NCBI GenBank assembly: GCA_963701025.1
Contig: OY969557.1
Coordinates: 570,042-634,041, forward strand
Length of the DNA stretch: 64,000 nucleotides
Source of the DNA: an uncultured bacterium
Lineage (GTDB): Bacteria; Patescibacteriota; Minisyncoccia; Phycocordibacterales; PALSA-1337
Reading direction: 5' to 3'
Below the pieces are notes generated by a model. It saw only the letters and a list, made by a program, of their open reading frames with translations, was not told the DNA's origin and did not search any database. This document shows, piece after piece, positions 20,003 through 30,564 of the stretch. Position 1 is the stretch's first letter. The number at the start of each line of letters is the position of its first letter. Made by a program: the position numbers and the translations under genes.

Positions 20003-20884
20003 ATGGCCAGCATGCCATACCCCGGTAGATCAACGGTGATCATCTTCGTAGCCTGCGCCGTGGCGGTCGGCGGGGCGGCTCTCTATGCCTATGGTGGATC
20101 AGGTAGCGGGCAATCAGCTCAGCAAAATCGTAACCAGATAGCGCTATCCGGCAATAATAATTCAATGTTGAACGCGACGGGAACCGCTGACGAGAGCTGG
20201 CGAGCCCAATTCCCGTACGCGACGACGAGCCAATACGCGGGTAAGCCTACCGCGAACGCGCCGACCGGACCGACCACCGTGACCGAAGCTCTCGGCATGG
20301 ATTTCCTGTCGCGTTTCGCCGATCTCAAACAAGCCAATCTTCTCAATAATACCGACATCGTCAACCAGACCGTCGACAACATGCTCTCGACCGATCTCAA
20401 CCCGGCCAAACCAAAGACTTACTCCGAGAGCGACCTTATCGTGGCGATGTCGACCAATACCACAAGCCTGGGAGCTTTCAGTGATGCGTTGGCGAACCTC
20501 ATTGATTCGTACGCGGCCACTACGAGCGAGGTCGAGATATTACAGGTATTCACCACGAATAATGATCCTTCGATCCTCTATGAGCTTCGGCCTATCATAG
20601 CCGAGCAGAAGAGAATTATAGCCGGAATATTGGCCATACCGGTGCCACAGACGCTTGTCAATGACGATGTCAACCTCTTGAACGGCATGAGCACGCTAGA
20701 GGCGGCGAGCGAATCACTGTATGCGGCTGACACGGATGCGGTCAGGGGCCTTGTGGGGTCCAGTCTGCACGCCGACGGGGCGCAAGCGGTGTCGGACGCC
20801 TTGTCGGCCATATATCAAGCGTTGGAATCGAGCGGCGTGCAATTCGGGCTCCATTGGGAAATACTCAATCCTTTGCTAAACTAA
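20003..20884 (+). CDS. Hypothetical membrane-anchored protein
   Basis: N-terminal TM helix; co-directional with the cluster. Confidence 0.7.
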   Translation: MASMPYPGRSTVIIFVACAVAVGGAALYAYGGSGSGQSAQQNRNQIALSGNNNSMLNATGTADESWRAQFPYATTSQYAGKPTANAPTGPTTVTEALGMDFLSRFADLKQANLLNNTDIVNQTVDNMLSTDLNPAKPKTYSESDLIVAMSTNTTSLGAFSDALANLIDSYAATTSEVEILQVFTTNNDPSILYELRPIIAEQKRIIAGILAIPVPQTLVNDDVNLLNGMSTLEAASESLYAADTDAVRGLVGSSLHADGAQAVSDALSAIYQALESSGVQFGLHWEILNPLLN

Positions 20885-22665
20885 TGGGTAACATGGCCAC
20901 TAATCGGAAAAACTCGAGCGGAGCGGCAAACAGATGGCCGGCGATTTTGGTCGTTGCGTTTACCCTGTTGGTTGGCGCTCTATTTGGACCTTCCGTGGCT
21001 CACGCACAGCTCGGCAGTCTGACCTGTTCTTCGGCTTTGTTCGGTTCCGTCGGCAGTGCGTTAAGCAGTAATGTTCCGGTGGCGGACAGCCAGGTGCGAA
21101 GCAATACTACGGCCGTGAAGAATATCGACTGCACATGGAAAGGTATAGCCTGGCAGTTAGCTCATACCGTCTTGCACTCGCTCACAGGCAGTGTGGTCAA
21201 CTGGATCAACAGCGGCTTCCAAGGCAGTCCCGCATTCCTGACTAACCCGGAAGGATATTTCGCCAATCTCGGCGATCAGCTGACCGGGGCCTTCATATCA
21301 GACACGGGCATATTGGCCGGATTGTGCTCGCCTTTCAATATCGATATCCGTTTGGCGCTGGCCCTCGGCCAAGGAGGGCAGACCAATCCATACACCTGTA
21401 CCTTGGGCTCAATCATCAATAACGTCCAAAATTCTACTATAAACGGCATGAGTATCGGCGGATTCATGGGCGGAGACTTTTCGCAAGGCGGCTGGCCAGC
21501 ATTCATCGCCTTGGCCGAGCCGCAGAATAACGAGGCCGGCGCGTATCTCCAAGCCCACAGTGATCTTCTTGCGCGGATCGGCGCAAAGCAGGGCCAAGTC
21601 CAACAACAGCTCCTGCAGGGCAACGGATTCCTGTCATGGCAAAGTTGTAATGACATCACCTCCAGCATAGCCGGTGGCGGTTCGGTCACGCCCCAATACA
21701 TAAACCAAACGCTCGGCTTGAGCAACGCTCAATATGCCACTTTACAGAAGAACGTCGTCGGAACATATAACACCGGGAATGGAACCAGTATTCAGCAGAC
21801 CGCGGACGCAACAGGGGAACACTATTCCCAGTGCACTACGGAGACCCCGGGTTCGATCATCAACAGCTCGCTCGCCAAGACTCTGGGCGCATCGGCCGAC
21901 GAGCTCAATCTGACGAACGACATAAATCAGATCGTCTCGGCATTATTCTCCCAGCTCCTGTCTAAGACATTGCAGGGCGGATTGTTCTCGGCCAGCCACT
22001 CATCGTCGTCTGGTTCCAACCTCGGATCTTTGACCCAACAACTCATAAACGACCAACAAGCGCAGACCAATTCATCGGCTTTGCAGGGACAAGCGGCCGG
22101 TGAGGTCCAGTCCGGTGCCGCTGGAGCACAGCAGGCCGTGGCATACCGCACCCAGATATTGACGGCCATAACCGCCGAGCAGGTTTTGTACCAGACGACG
22201 CGCGCATGTATATACAATGAACTGAATGTGGCAACATCGAGTGCGGCCTCCAACGGACAAGGAGGATCTAACGGACAAGGAAGATTTTTCAACGGCTTGA
22301 CGAACCTCTTCAGCCCCCGGCTTTCAACGTCTTACCTGCAAAGCCAATTGTCTTCCATAGACACGGCCATAGCCGGCATAAACCATCAGATATCGGATGC
22401 GGCGACGAACCTGCAGACGGCGTCGAGCTCCGTTGCCTTATACCAGAGCATAGCCGATCAGATCCAGAACGCGCCGTCGCTCTCCTCGGCCACAGACTTG
22501 AGCAACCAGTATTCGGCGCAACTATCAACCGTTCCGTATAATGCCGCCGCAGACCCTGGAGCGGCCTACTCGGATCTCAATTCCACCATCGGCGGTATCG
22601 CGACTCTGGAGACCGCCCGCACGCCGTATCAGGCGACATGCAATGGCCAGCAATCAGGTAACTAG
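20854..22665 (+). CDS. Hypothetical secreted protein of the T4SS-like locus
   Basis: Signal peptide ending AHA; VVNWINSGFQGSPAFLTNP motif. Confidence 0.75.
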   Translation: MGNTQSFAKLMGNMATNRKNSSGAANRWPAILVVAFTLLVGALFGPSVAHAQLGSLTCSSALFGSVGSALSSNVPVADSQVRSNTTAVKNIDCTWKGIAWQLAHTVLHSLTGSVVNWINSGFQGSPAFLTNPEGYFANLGDQLTGAFISDTGILAGLCSPFNIDIRLALALGQGGQTNPYTCTLGSIINNVQNSTINGMSIGGFMGGDFSQGGWPAFIALAEPQNNEAGAYLQAHSDLLARIGAKQGQVQQQLLQGNGFLSWQSCNDITSSIAGGGSVTPQYINQTLGLSNAQYATLQKNVVGTYNTGNGTSIQQTADATGEHYSQCTTETPGSIINSSLAKTLGASADELNLTNDINQIVSALFSQLLSKTLQGGLFSASHSSSSGSNLGSLTQQLINDQQAQTNSSALQGQAAGEVQSGAAGAQQAVAYRTQILTAITAEQVLYQTTRACIYNELNVATSSAASNGQGGSNGQGRFFNGLTNLFSPRLSTSYLQSQLSSIDTAIAGINHQISDAATNLQTASSSVALYQSIADQIQNAPSLSSATDLSNQYSAQLSTVPYNAAADPGAAYSDLNSTIGGIATLETARTPYQATCNGQQSGN

Positions 22666-22677
22666 CTATAACGAACC

Positions 22678-24552
22678 ATGCGTAAGAAATCTTACATCAT
22701 CACCGCGTGCGCCGTCCTCATCCTCATCGGCATGACATTTTCCGCGCCGACGGCGCATGCGCAGGTAATGGACGTATTGAAAGTGTTCGGTCTCAGCTTT
22801 GCGGACTTTGTCGCGGAAATCTTTGCTTCGATCGCGACTATGGCACTTTATATCATGTCATGGTGGGTTTCTATCACCGGCGCTCTGCTGAATGTCTCCA
22901 TCACATTGACTCTTCATATTAAAGATTTCGTCAACAGCACGAGTGGAGTCTACATAGTCTGGCAAACGATACGCGACATCTCCGGTTTGTTCATCATCTT
23001 CATGCTCTTGTACGCATCATTCAAGATCATTCTTGGCTTTGATACCGCAGGCGGAGTAGGGAACCTCATCAAAAATATCGTCATCGCAGGCATCCTCATC
23101 AACTTTAGCTTCTTCATCACTAGTCTCCTCATCGACGCGTCGAATATCGTTTCGCTCGCCCTATACAACGGCATTGTCGGCAGTCCGACAGCAACGACGG
23201 GTACGCAGACAGCCAATTGTCCGCAGACGACTGCGGGTGATTTGAGCACATGCGCCATCGCGGCAAATACGTTGGCAAGCAATAATACCGGCAATCTGGG
23301 AAGCATATTCATGGACAAGCTTAAGCCCCAAGACATATATAATCCGGCGAATACCCAGCTTGCGAGCCATGACCAAGGCCAAGGAACTAGTCCAGCGCCT
23401 CTGCAGATATTGATCCAAGGCGTGGTCGGATGCATCATTATGTTCACTGTGGGCATGAGCTTTCTTCTGGCATCACTCGCTTTCGTGGCTCGTCTGGCTA
23501 TACTCATAGTTTTGCTGGCTTTTTCACCCATCTGGTTCGCGGCAATGATCTTTCCCATACTTGAGGAAAAGAAAAAACATTTCACCGACCAGCTCTATGC
23601 CCAGCTGATCTTCATGCCGGTCTATCTGCTCCTCCTCTATGCCGCCATGACCGTGATCAAATACACCACCGTCTTCACCTCTCCAGGAACGGTATTTTCC
23701 GGCTCGGGAACGCCTTCTCTGATCCCGACAAATCTCATCGTTCTGGCCATTAATGATTTCTTCATCCTATTCCTGCTCAATATGCCGTTGGTTGTCGCCT
23801 TCGGCTTCGGAGGACACGCGACGGATTTCCTCGCGGGCGGAGTCAAGAAGTTCGGCGCGGCGAATGTGTGGAAGAATTTCGGTAGCCAGGCTGGGAGTCG
23901 TACGGTTGGACGTGTTGCTTATTCCCTCAATGAGAGTAATGCACTGAAGAGATTGGCCGGGGCTTCTCCCATCCTCGGCGGTCTTGCTTCCAAAGGTCTA
24001 TCGAATATAAGCTCGGCTGGCTTCGGCGTGAAGAAGGGGGGATATGAAGACCGGCTCAAAGCAAAGAAAAAGGCTCAGGACGAGTTGCACGAGAGAATTG
24101 GTGAACTTGACAGGAGTAATTATGCCACGGAAGCAGAGTTCCAGAAAGCACAGGAAAGGGCAAGGACCTACCAGGAGAAATATCGGGCAAATCTTCCTTG
24201 GAAGAGCAGTATCATGGGATTCATGTTGGATAACAGAGCAAATAAGCAGAGCCAGCGCAGTATGACTGAAGAAGCTGATGTGGAAAAGAACCAGACCAAA
24301 TTGGCTGAACTTATGAGCTCAGACGAGTATGTGAATTTGCAGAGAAGAATGAAACTGGCTCCTACTGATGAGGAAAAGGTGGCATTCGAGAAACTAAAGG
24401 GTATAGAAAATGAACTGAACGCCGTTATCAAACGTGGATCAAAAGGAAAGGGAAAGAAGGATCTAGCCGGTGTTATAAAACGCCTCGCCGAAGAAGCAAA
24501 GAAATCCGGCGGCAGTGAGGAAGGACCAAAAGAAGAACCCAAGACACCATAA
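22678..24552 (+). CDS. Polytopic membrane protein, VirB6/TrbL-like
   Basis: Multiple TM helices, LINFSFFITSLLIDASN, RLAILIVLLAFSPIWF; near PrgI and VirB4. Confidence 0.7.
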   Translation: MRKKSYIITACAVLILIGMTFSAPTAHAQVMDVLKVFGLSFADFVAEIFASIATMALYIMSWWVSITGALLNVSITLTLHIKDFVNSTSGVYIVWQTIRDISGLFIIFMLLYASFKIILGFDTAGGVGNLIKNIVIAGILINFSFFITSLLIDASNIVSLALYNGIVGSPTATTGTQTANCPQTTAGDLSTCAIAANTLASNNTGNLGSIFMDKLKPQDIYNPANTQLASHDQGQGTSPAPLQILIQGVVGCIIMFTVGMSFLLASLAFVARLAILIVLLAFSPIWFAAMIFPILEEKKKHFTDQLYAQLIFMPVYLLLLYAAMTVIKYTTVFTSPGTVFSGSGTPSLIPTNLIVLAINDFFILFLLNMPLVVAFGFGGHATDFLAGGVKKFGAANVWKNFGSQAGSRTVGRVAYSLNESNALKRLAGASPILGGLASKGLSNISSAGFGVKKGGYEDRLKAKKKAQDELHERIGELDRSNYATEAEFQKAQERARTYQEKYRANLPWKSSIMGFMLDNRANKQSQRSMTEEADVEKNQTKLAELMSSDEYVNLQRRMKLAPTDEEKVAFEKLKGIENELNAVIKRGSKGKGKKDLAGVIKRLAEEAKKSGGSEEGPKEEPKTP

Positions 24553-24557
24553 CGACA

Positions 24558-25277
24558 ATGAAACAATTCACCACTGAACAGCTTCAAGACCACTTCGCGA
24601 AACTGCCGAAAGACCTGCAGGAAGCGGTCTCTTCTGCCGAAGTCCGCGATTCGGTCGAGAAAATAGGCAAGAAATACGGCCTCCACATAGACCAGCTGGG
24701 AGAGATGGTGGACTTGGTCGGCCTGATCATGCTCGGACTTTCCCCTTCGAAAGATTTCGTCAGGAATTTCTCGCAGGAAGCGGGGGTGAAGACGGACATC
24801 GCCACGTCGATCGCGGAAGACATCAACAACGAGGTCTTCGGCAAGATACGATCTTCCATGCAGGCCATTGAGGCGAAAGACGAAGCCGTCGAAGCGCAAA
24901 AGACAAAAGCCGAACAGAGCATAACTGACCTGGAGCGCATCGGCGGTTTCAGCATAGAGCCGTCAACAGGTCAGGATGGGGACGGGACGGCGCCGGCTAA
25001 CTTGCCGGGAGCGGAAGAAGTCGATGAAAGCCCGGATGAATTGATAGCCGGAATCGAGAACCCGCCGCCTATAAAGACTTCAAACTCCTCATTTGTACGT
25101 CCTTCGAGTCCTGTGCCGGAAGAGAACCATACGGACATAATTGTCGATCATCTGCTCACGGGTCCTGTGGCCGCGGGCGAACAGAAAACGATACAAATAC
25201 CTGAACCAGCGAAGAGCGCGCCTATCGAGCCGAAAAAGCCCGTCGGACCTGATCCCTACAAGGAGCCGATCAATTGA
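24558..25277 (+). CDS. Hypothetical protein
   Basis: ORF ending DPYKEPI; co-directional. Confidence 0.75.
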   Translation: MKQFTTEQLQDHFAKLPKDLQEAVSSAEVRDSVEKIGKKYGLHIDQLGEMVDLVGLIMLGLSPSKDFVRNFSQEAGVKTDIATSIAEDINNEVFGKIRSSMQAIEAKDEAVEAQKTKAEQSITDLERIGGFSIEPSTGQDGDGTAPANLPGAEEVDESPDELIAGIENPPPIKTSNSSFVRPSSPVPEENHTDIIVDHLLTGPVAAGEQKTIQIPEPAKSAPIEPKKPVGPDPYKEPIN

Positions 25278-25303
25278 AATTGAAAGTGTGTTATAGTGTC
25301 CGC

Positions 25304-25600
25304 ATGAATACTGTCGAGGAGATTGCCGTGACCGCTAAGCCCGTATTGCAAAAGTATGGCGTGAAATCTGCTGGAATTTTCGGGTCACGCGCCCGTGGCG
25401 AATCCCGACCGGACAGCGATATTGACATACTCGTTTCATTCGGTGAAAAACCTATCTCGTTGTGGGATATGGTCGCCCTCAAAGATGAATTGTCACGACT
25501 GCTTCACGGGGTCGTAGATCTTATTTCCGACAAGGCTATAGTGCCGTATTTTAAAGATTATATCTATCATGACCTCAAACCAATCTATCCTCAAGGATAA
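25304..25600 (+). CDS. Minimal nucleotidyltransferase (MNT) antitoxin
   Basis: IFGSRARGE.RPDSDIDILV. Confidence 0.9.
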   Translation: MNTVEEIAVTAKPVLQKYGVKSAGIFGSRARGESRPDSDIDILVSFGEKPISLWDMVALKDELSRLLHGVVDLISDKAIVPYFKDYIYHDLKPIYPQG

Positions 25601-25919
25601 GAGCGCGTATCTTCGCCTAATGCTCGACTCATTCGGCAAAATACGTGCGTACACAGCGGGGATGTCTTACGCTAACTTTATCGATGACGGAAAGACTCAA
25701 AGCGCTGTCATCATGCAACTGCAAGTCGTTGGCGAATTGGCAAAATCAGTGCCGGATGACGTCAAAACTTCGATTGACGTGCCTTGGAAGAACATAGCCG
25801 GATTGCGGGATCTCATAGCTCATCAGTATTTCAATTTGGACCTGGCCATGGTGTGGCACACGACGCAAGAAAGCATCCTGGACGTCGAGAAGAAAATACA
25901 AGAGTATCTCAACGTATGA
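25569..25919 (+). CDS. HEPN/DUF86 toxin
   Basis: VPWKNIAGLRDLIAHQY (R-X4-H motif); overlaps the MNT gene. Confidence 0.9.
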   Translation: MTSNQSILKDKSAYLRLMLDSFGKIRAYTAGMSYANFIDDGKTQSAVIMQLQVVGELAKSVPDDVKTSIDVPWKNIAGLRDLIAHQYFNLDLAMVWHTTQESILDVEKKIQEYLNV

Positions 25920-25950
25920 AGGATGCCCAGGTTAAGGTATAATTAACCCA

Positions 25951-26385
25951 ATGCGCTTCCAAGTTCCCCAATTCATCGAGGTTGAGGACAAGATCTTCGG
26001 GCCGCTCACCTTGAAGCAGTTCATCTACATGGCCGGTGGGGGCGGATTGGCTTTCCTCATATACGTATTCGTCAACAATCTCCTAGTATCCATCATTCCC
26101 ATACTGGTCGTATTGGCCATATCAGCCGTTCTGGCTTTTTACAAGGTCAACAATCGCCCGTTCATCAACGTCATGGAATCGGCCTTCAAGTATTTCCTCG
26201 GCGGCAAGCTCTACATGTGGAAGAAAGAGGAAAAGCCGAGGCCGAAAGACGCCGAGTCTGCTCTCAAGGACGCGAAGAATTACGCTTCTGTCATGGTGCC
26301 AAAGATCGCCGACAGCAAGCTCAAGGACCTGGCGTGGAGTCTGGATATCAAAGAGAGCATATACTCGAATAAAAATCAAAAATGA
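25951..26385 (+). CDS. PrgI family protein
   Basis: MRFQVPQFIEVEDKIFGPLTLKQF plus two TM helices. Confidence 0.9.
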   Translation: MRFQVPQFIEVEDKIFGPLTLKQFIYMAGGGGLAFLIYVFVNNLLVSIIPILVVLAISAVLAFYKVNNRPFINVMESAFKYFLGGKLYMWKKEEKPRPKDAESALKDAKNYASVMVPKIADSKLKDLAWSLDIKESIYSNKNQK

Positions 26386-26408
26386 AAAAGTAAAATGTAA
26401 AATTTTCA

Positions 26409-27060
26409 ATGGCCACCAAACAATCTACAACCCAGGACTTCATCCCAATCCAGGAGATCCGCGACGGCATCGTCATCCTGAAATCCGGCGGCATGCGCTC
26501 GATCATCCTCTGCACTTCTCTCAATTTCGCCCTGAAGTCGGCAGACGAGCAGAGCTCCATCCTGATGCAGTTCCAGAACTTCCTGAACTCGCTCGATTTT
26601 TCCATACAGATATTCGCCCAGTCCAAGAAGCTGGACATCCGTCCGTACATCGCCCTCCTGGAAGACCGCTACAAGGAGCAGACAACCGAGCTCATGAAGA
26701 TACAGGTGCGCGAATACATAGAATTCATCAAATCGTTCGTGGAATCGACCAGCATCATGTCCAAGAGCTTCTTCGTGGTCGTGCCGTATGATCCGGCTAT
26801 CATGAGCGCCAGCAAGAATCCCCTGATCGAACGCCTTGCCTGGCAGGAAGAACAAGAAGGCTCTCCTGCGGCCAAGGCTTCCGCCGACCAGAGCTTCGCC
26901 GAATACCGGAGCCAGCTGGAACAGCGCGTGGCCGTGGTGGAGCAGGGACTGGTGCGTTGCGGCATCACGCGCGGCAGAGCTGGGCACGGAAGAGGTGGTC
27001 GAACTTTTCTACAAGCTCTTCAACCCGGGCGAAACGGAAAAGCCGATACAGATAACGTGA
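26409..27060 (+). CDS. T4SS-associated protein (VirB4/TraC N-terminal-like), frameshifted
   Basis: NFALKS.DEQ..FQNFLNSLDF; C-terminus ELGTEEVVELFYKLFNP lies in a shifted frame. Confidence 0.7.
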
Positions 27061-27097
27061 AGATAGGAGTTGGGAGCTAGAAGTTAGGAGAAAAAAC

Positions 27098-28913
27098 ATG
27101 TCATTCATCAGCAATATATTCAAGAAAAAAGAGGCTTCGCCAATAGTCTCCATCCTGCCGGAAGAGATATATCAGGCCGGCGTCCTGGAACTGAAGGATG
27201 TCATAGCTCCGTCGGCCCTCAAAGTCAGCCCGAAGGAGCTCAACTTGGGCGAGAAGGTCGGCCGTACTCTTTTCGTCATCTCCTATCCGCGCTTCCTGGA
27301 CGAGAGCTGGTTCGCGCCCATCATCAACCTGGACAAGGTCTTCAACATCTCCATATTCATCCATCCCGTGGACACGGCCAAGATTCTGCGCCATTTCCAG
27401 AAGAAAGTCGCCGAAGTCCAGAGCCAGATCTCCAGGAGGGAAGAGAAGGGCTTGGTGCGCGATCCCGCCCTGGACACGGCCTATCAGGACCTGGAACAGC
27501 TGCGCGACCAGCTGATGCAGGCCCAGGAGCACCTCTTCGACGTCGGCGTCTATATCACCATATTCGCCGACAACGAGAACGAGCTCGACAAGCTGGAGTC
27601 CGAGATCAAGTCCATCCTGGAGTCCAAGCTCGTCTATCGTGAAGCCGGCTCTGTTCCAGCAGGAGCAGGGATTCAAGAGCGTCATCCCCATCGCCGACGA
27701 CCAGCTCTACGGTCCATTCCAAGCTCAATTCCTCGCCGCTCTCCAGCGTCTTTCCATTCGTGTCCTTCGACCTCACCTCCAGACAAAGGCATCCTCTACG
27801 GCATCAATCGCCACAACTCGTCATTGGTCCTGTTCGACCGCTATTCTCTGGAGAACTACAATTCCGTGACATTCGCCACGGCCGGCGCCGGAAAATCATA
27901 TTGCACCAAGTTGGAGATATTGCGCACGCTCATGTTCGACGTCGACGTCATCGTCATCGACCCTGAAAAAGAATACGAGTACATGGCCGAAGCCACCGGC
28001 GGCAAATATTTCAATATATCCCTCAATTCCGAGCATCACATCAATCCGTTCGACCTGCCGATCGCCCGCGAAGATGAGTCGAGTGCCGACGTCCTGCGCT
28101 CGAATATCATCAACCTGGTCGGCCTGTTCCGCATCATGCTCGGCGGCCTGTCGCAGGAGGAAGACGCCATCATAGACCGCGCCATCACCGAGACCTACGC
28201 CTTGAAAGACATCACTCCCGACTCTAATTTCAAGGACGTCGAGCCGCCGCTCCTGTCAGACTTCGAGCTCGTCCTGGCCGGCATGGAGGGAGCCGATTCG
28301 CTCGTCCAACGCCTGTCGAAATACACCAAAGGCACTTGGGCCGGCTTCATCAACCGCCCGTCGAACGTCGACATCAACAAGAAATTCATCGTCTTCTCCC
28401 TGCGCGACATGGAAGACGAGCTCAAGCCGGTGGCCATGTATCATGGTCACGCACTATATCTGGAACGCCATCAGCAAGGAGCTGAAGAAGCGCCTCCTGG
28501 TCATAGACGAGGCCTGGTGGATGATGAAGTCGGAGGATACCGCCTCATTCCTGTTCGGTCTGGCCAAGCGCGGCCGCAAATACTTCCTCGGCCTGGCCAC
28601 CATCACCCAGGACGTGGACGACTTCCTCAAATCGCCCTACGGCATGCCCATCGTCACGAACTCATCCATCCAGATCCTTCTGAAGCAGTCGCCGACCATC
28701 ATCGATCATATCCAGCAGACATTCAATCTGACCGATGAGGAGAAATATCTCCTGCTCGAGTCCGACGTCGGCGAAGGCATATTCTTCGTGGGGCTCAAGC
28801 ACGTGGCCATCAAGATCGTCGCCTCGTATACCGAGGACCAGATCATCACCACCAATCCCCAGCAGGTCATCGCCATCAGGGACGCAAAGCGGCAGTTGGA
28901 GCAGGCGGGGTAG
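27098..28913 (+). CDS. VirB4-like ATPase (split by several frameshifts)
   Basis: Walker A ATAGAGKS, VIDPEKEY, INPFDL; Walker B LVIDEAW and TQDV in the 28443-28913 frame. Confidence 0.85.
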
Positions 28914-28956
28914 AGAGAAGTTCTAATTGGTCTAATTTCTAATTACCTAAACAAAA

Positions 28957-29460
28957 ATGGCTTCGAAGATCAAAAAACCGGAGTGGATCGCCTTGTTCGC
29001 CGTTACGGGCCTCATTGATCTGGTTCAGCTCTTGGGCGACCTGTTCTTGAGTGAGGCCTTTGCCGCTCCGGAGGTCATAAATGAGATCGTCGACCCGTTC
29101 ATAGGCGTATTCTTGGGCGGCTATTTTCAATTCCGCGGGGTCGAGATACTGCGTCAGCCGAAAAGAGTCTTGTCTCTCCTCGGAGTGACCGGTCTAGAAG
29201 AGCTGACCGGGGCTATGGCGCCCGGATGGGTATTCGACGTCTGGTATATATATAAGAGCGTCCGGACTGAAGAAGCTGAATCGCAGGCGCAGAAAGAGCA
29301 GGAGGAATGGAAACAGCAGGTCATGCAACAGGCTAGAGCTAGTAATTTTAACGGCAGGAGAGAAGCGTCGCTCGGACCGGAAGCCGAGCGCGTTTCATCA
29401 GCACCGTCCATAGCCAGATACTTCAAGGGCATAGGTCGTCCAAGGGGCAACGAAGCGTGA
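28957..29460 (+). CDS. Hypothetical membrane protein
   Basis: Hydrophobic N-terminal half; co-directional. Confidence 0.65.
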   Translation: MASKIKKPEWIALFAVTGLIDLVQLLGDLFLSEAFAAPEVINEIVDPFIGVFLGGYFQFRGVEILRQPKRVLSLLGVTGLEELTGAMAPGWVFDVWYIYKSVRTEEAESQAQKEQEEWKQQVMQQARASNFNGRREASLGPEAERVSSAPSIARYFKGIGRPRGNEA

Positions 29461-29506
29461 ATAACTGGCATCGCAAAGGCCTATATATATTGCTAGAATA
29501 GAGCCA

Positions 29507-30559
29507 ATGAAACGCGCCTATTTTCTAATGGTTTCCGTGAGTTTCCTGCTACTTTCCGTCTGCTACTTGCTACCTGCCAATGTTTCAGCCCAAAGCCTCC
29601 CTGCCGGTATCACAAGTATCACACTGACCACGTCATCCCAGAACCCGGCCCCGGGACAGAGCGTTACCGTGACCGCGACGAGCTACAGCTTTGACATAAA
29701 TTCCGCGATGATCATCTGGACAGTCAACGGCAAACAGGTCCAGAAAGGCATCGGCGCCACGACTCTGTCAGTGACCGCGCCCGCGCTCGGCAAGACCACG
29801 ACGGTGGGCATCGAGGCTGTCACGACGGACGGCCAACGCTTTACCAATTCTCTCGCCCTCGGTTCCGGATCCGTGGATATGATCATCGAGACCGACGGTT
29901 ACGTGCCTCCGTTTTTCCTTGGCAAGACACCGCTCGTCTTTGAGAACAATGTCACTGTCATAGCCGTCCCTCACTTGGCTAACGCATCGGGCAAAGAATA
30001 TGATCCGTCGACGCTCGTATATCAATGGAAAAAAGACGATGGGACCGTCTTGCAGGATCAGTCCGGATACGACAAACAATCGATCACCCTGGCGGGAAGT
30101 ATCATTCCGAGACCGTATTATCTCATCGTCACCGCGTCATCGCGCGACGGCTCCGCTCAAGGACAGGGCATCGTACTGATCTCCCCGCAATCCCCGTCAG
30201 TGACATTCTATAAAGATGATCCACTGTACGGACCATTCTTTAACGAAGCGATTGGCAATACGCTCTTCATCGGATCACAGAAGGAGGCCAGCGCTTTTGC
30301 CTCATTGTTCGGCTTCAATTTTTCTCCGAGCAATGGCGGCGATCTGACTCTCGATTGGTCCATCAACGGCGCATCGCATCCCGAATTGGCCTCGAGCCAA
30401 TCGGTCGTCCTGCGCGCACCGGATGGAGTATCCGGCACGTCGGCTATATCTTTGAGCATCCAAGGGGTGAAGGACATCCTGCAGGGAGCGAGCGGCGCCT
30501 TCACGGCGGCCTTCAGCGCCAGCGGGCCATCCGCTTCGACGACGCCGGTAACGTTTTAA
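29507..30559 (+). CDS. Secreted beta-rich (Ig-like) protein
   Basis: Signal peptide; WTVNGK and YQWKKD strands. Confidence 0.7.
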   Translation: MKRAYFLMVSVSFLLLSVCYLLPANVSAQSLPAGITSITLTTSSQNPAPGQSVTVTATSYSFDINSAMIIWTVNGKQVQKGIGATTLSVTAPALGKTTTVGIEAVTTDGQRFTNSLALGSGSVDMIIETDGYVPPFFLGKTPLVFENNVTVIAVPHLANASGKEYDPSTLVYQWKKDDGTVLQDQSGYDKQSITLAGSIIPRPYYLIVTASSRDGSAQGQGIVLISPQSPSVTFYKDDPLYGPFFNEAIGNTLFIGSQKEASAFASLFGFNFSPSNGGDLTLDWSINGASHPELASSQSVVLRAPDGVSGTSAISLSIQGVKDILQGASGAFTAAFSASGPSASTTPVTF

Positions 30560-30564
30560 ATACG

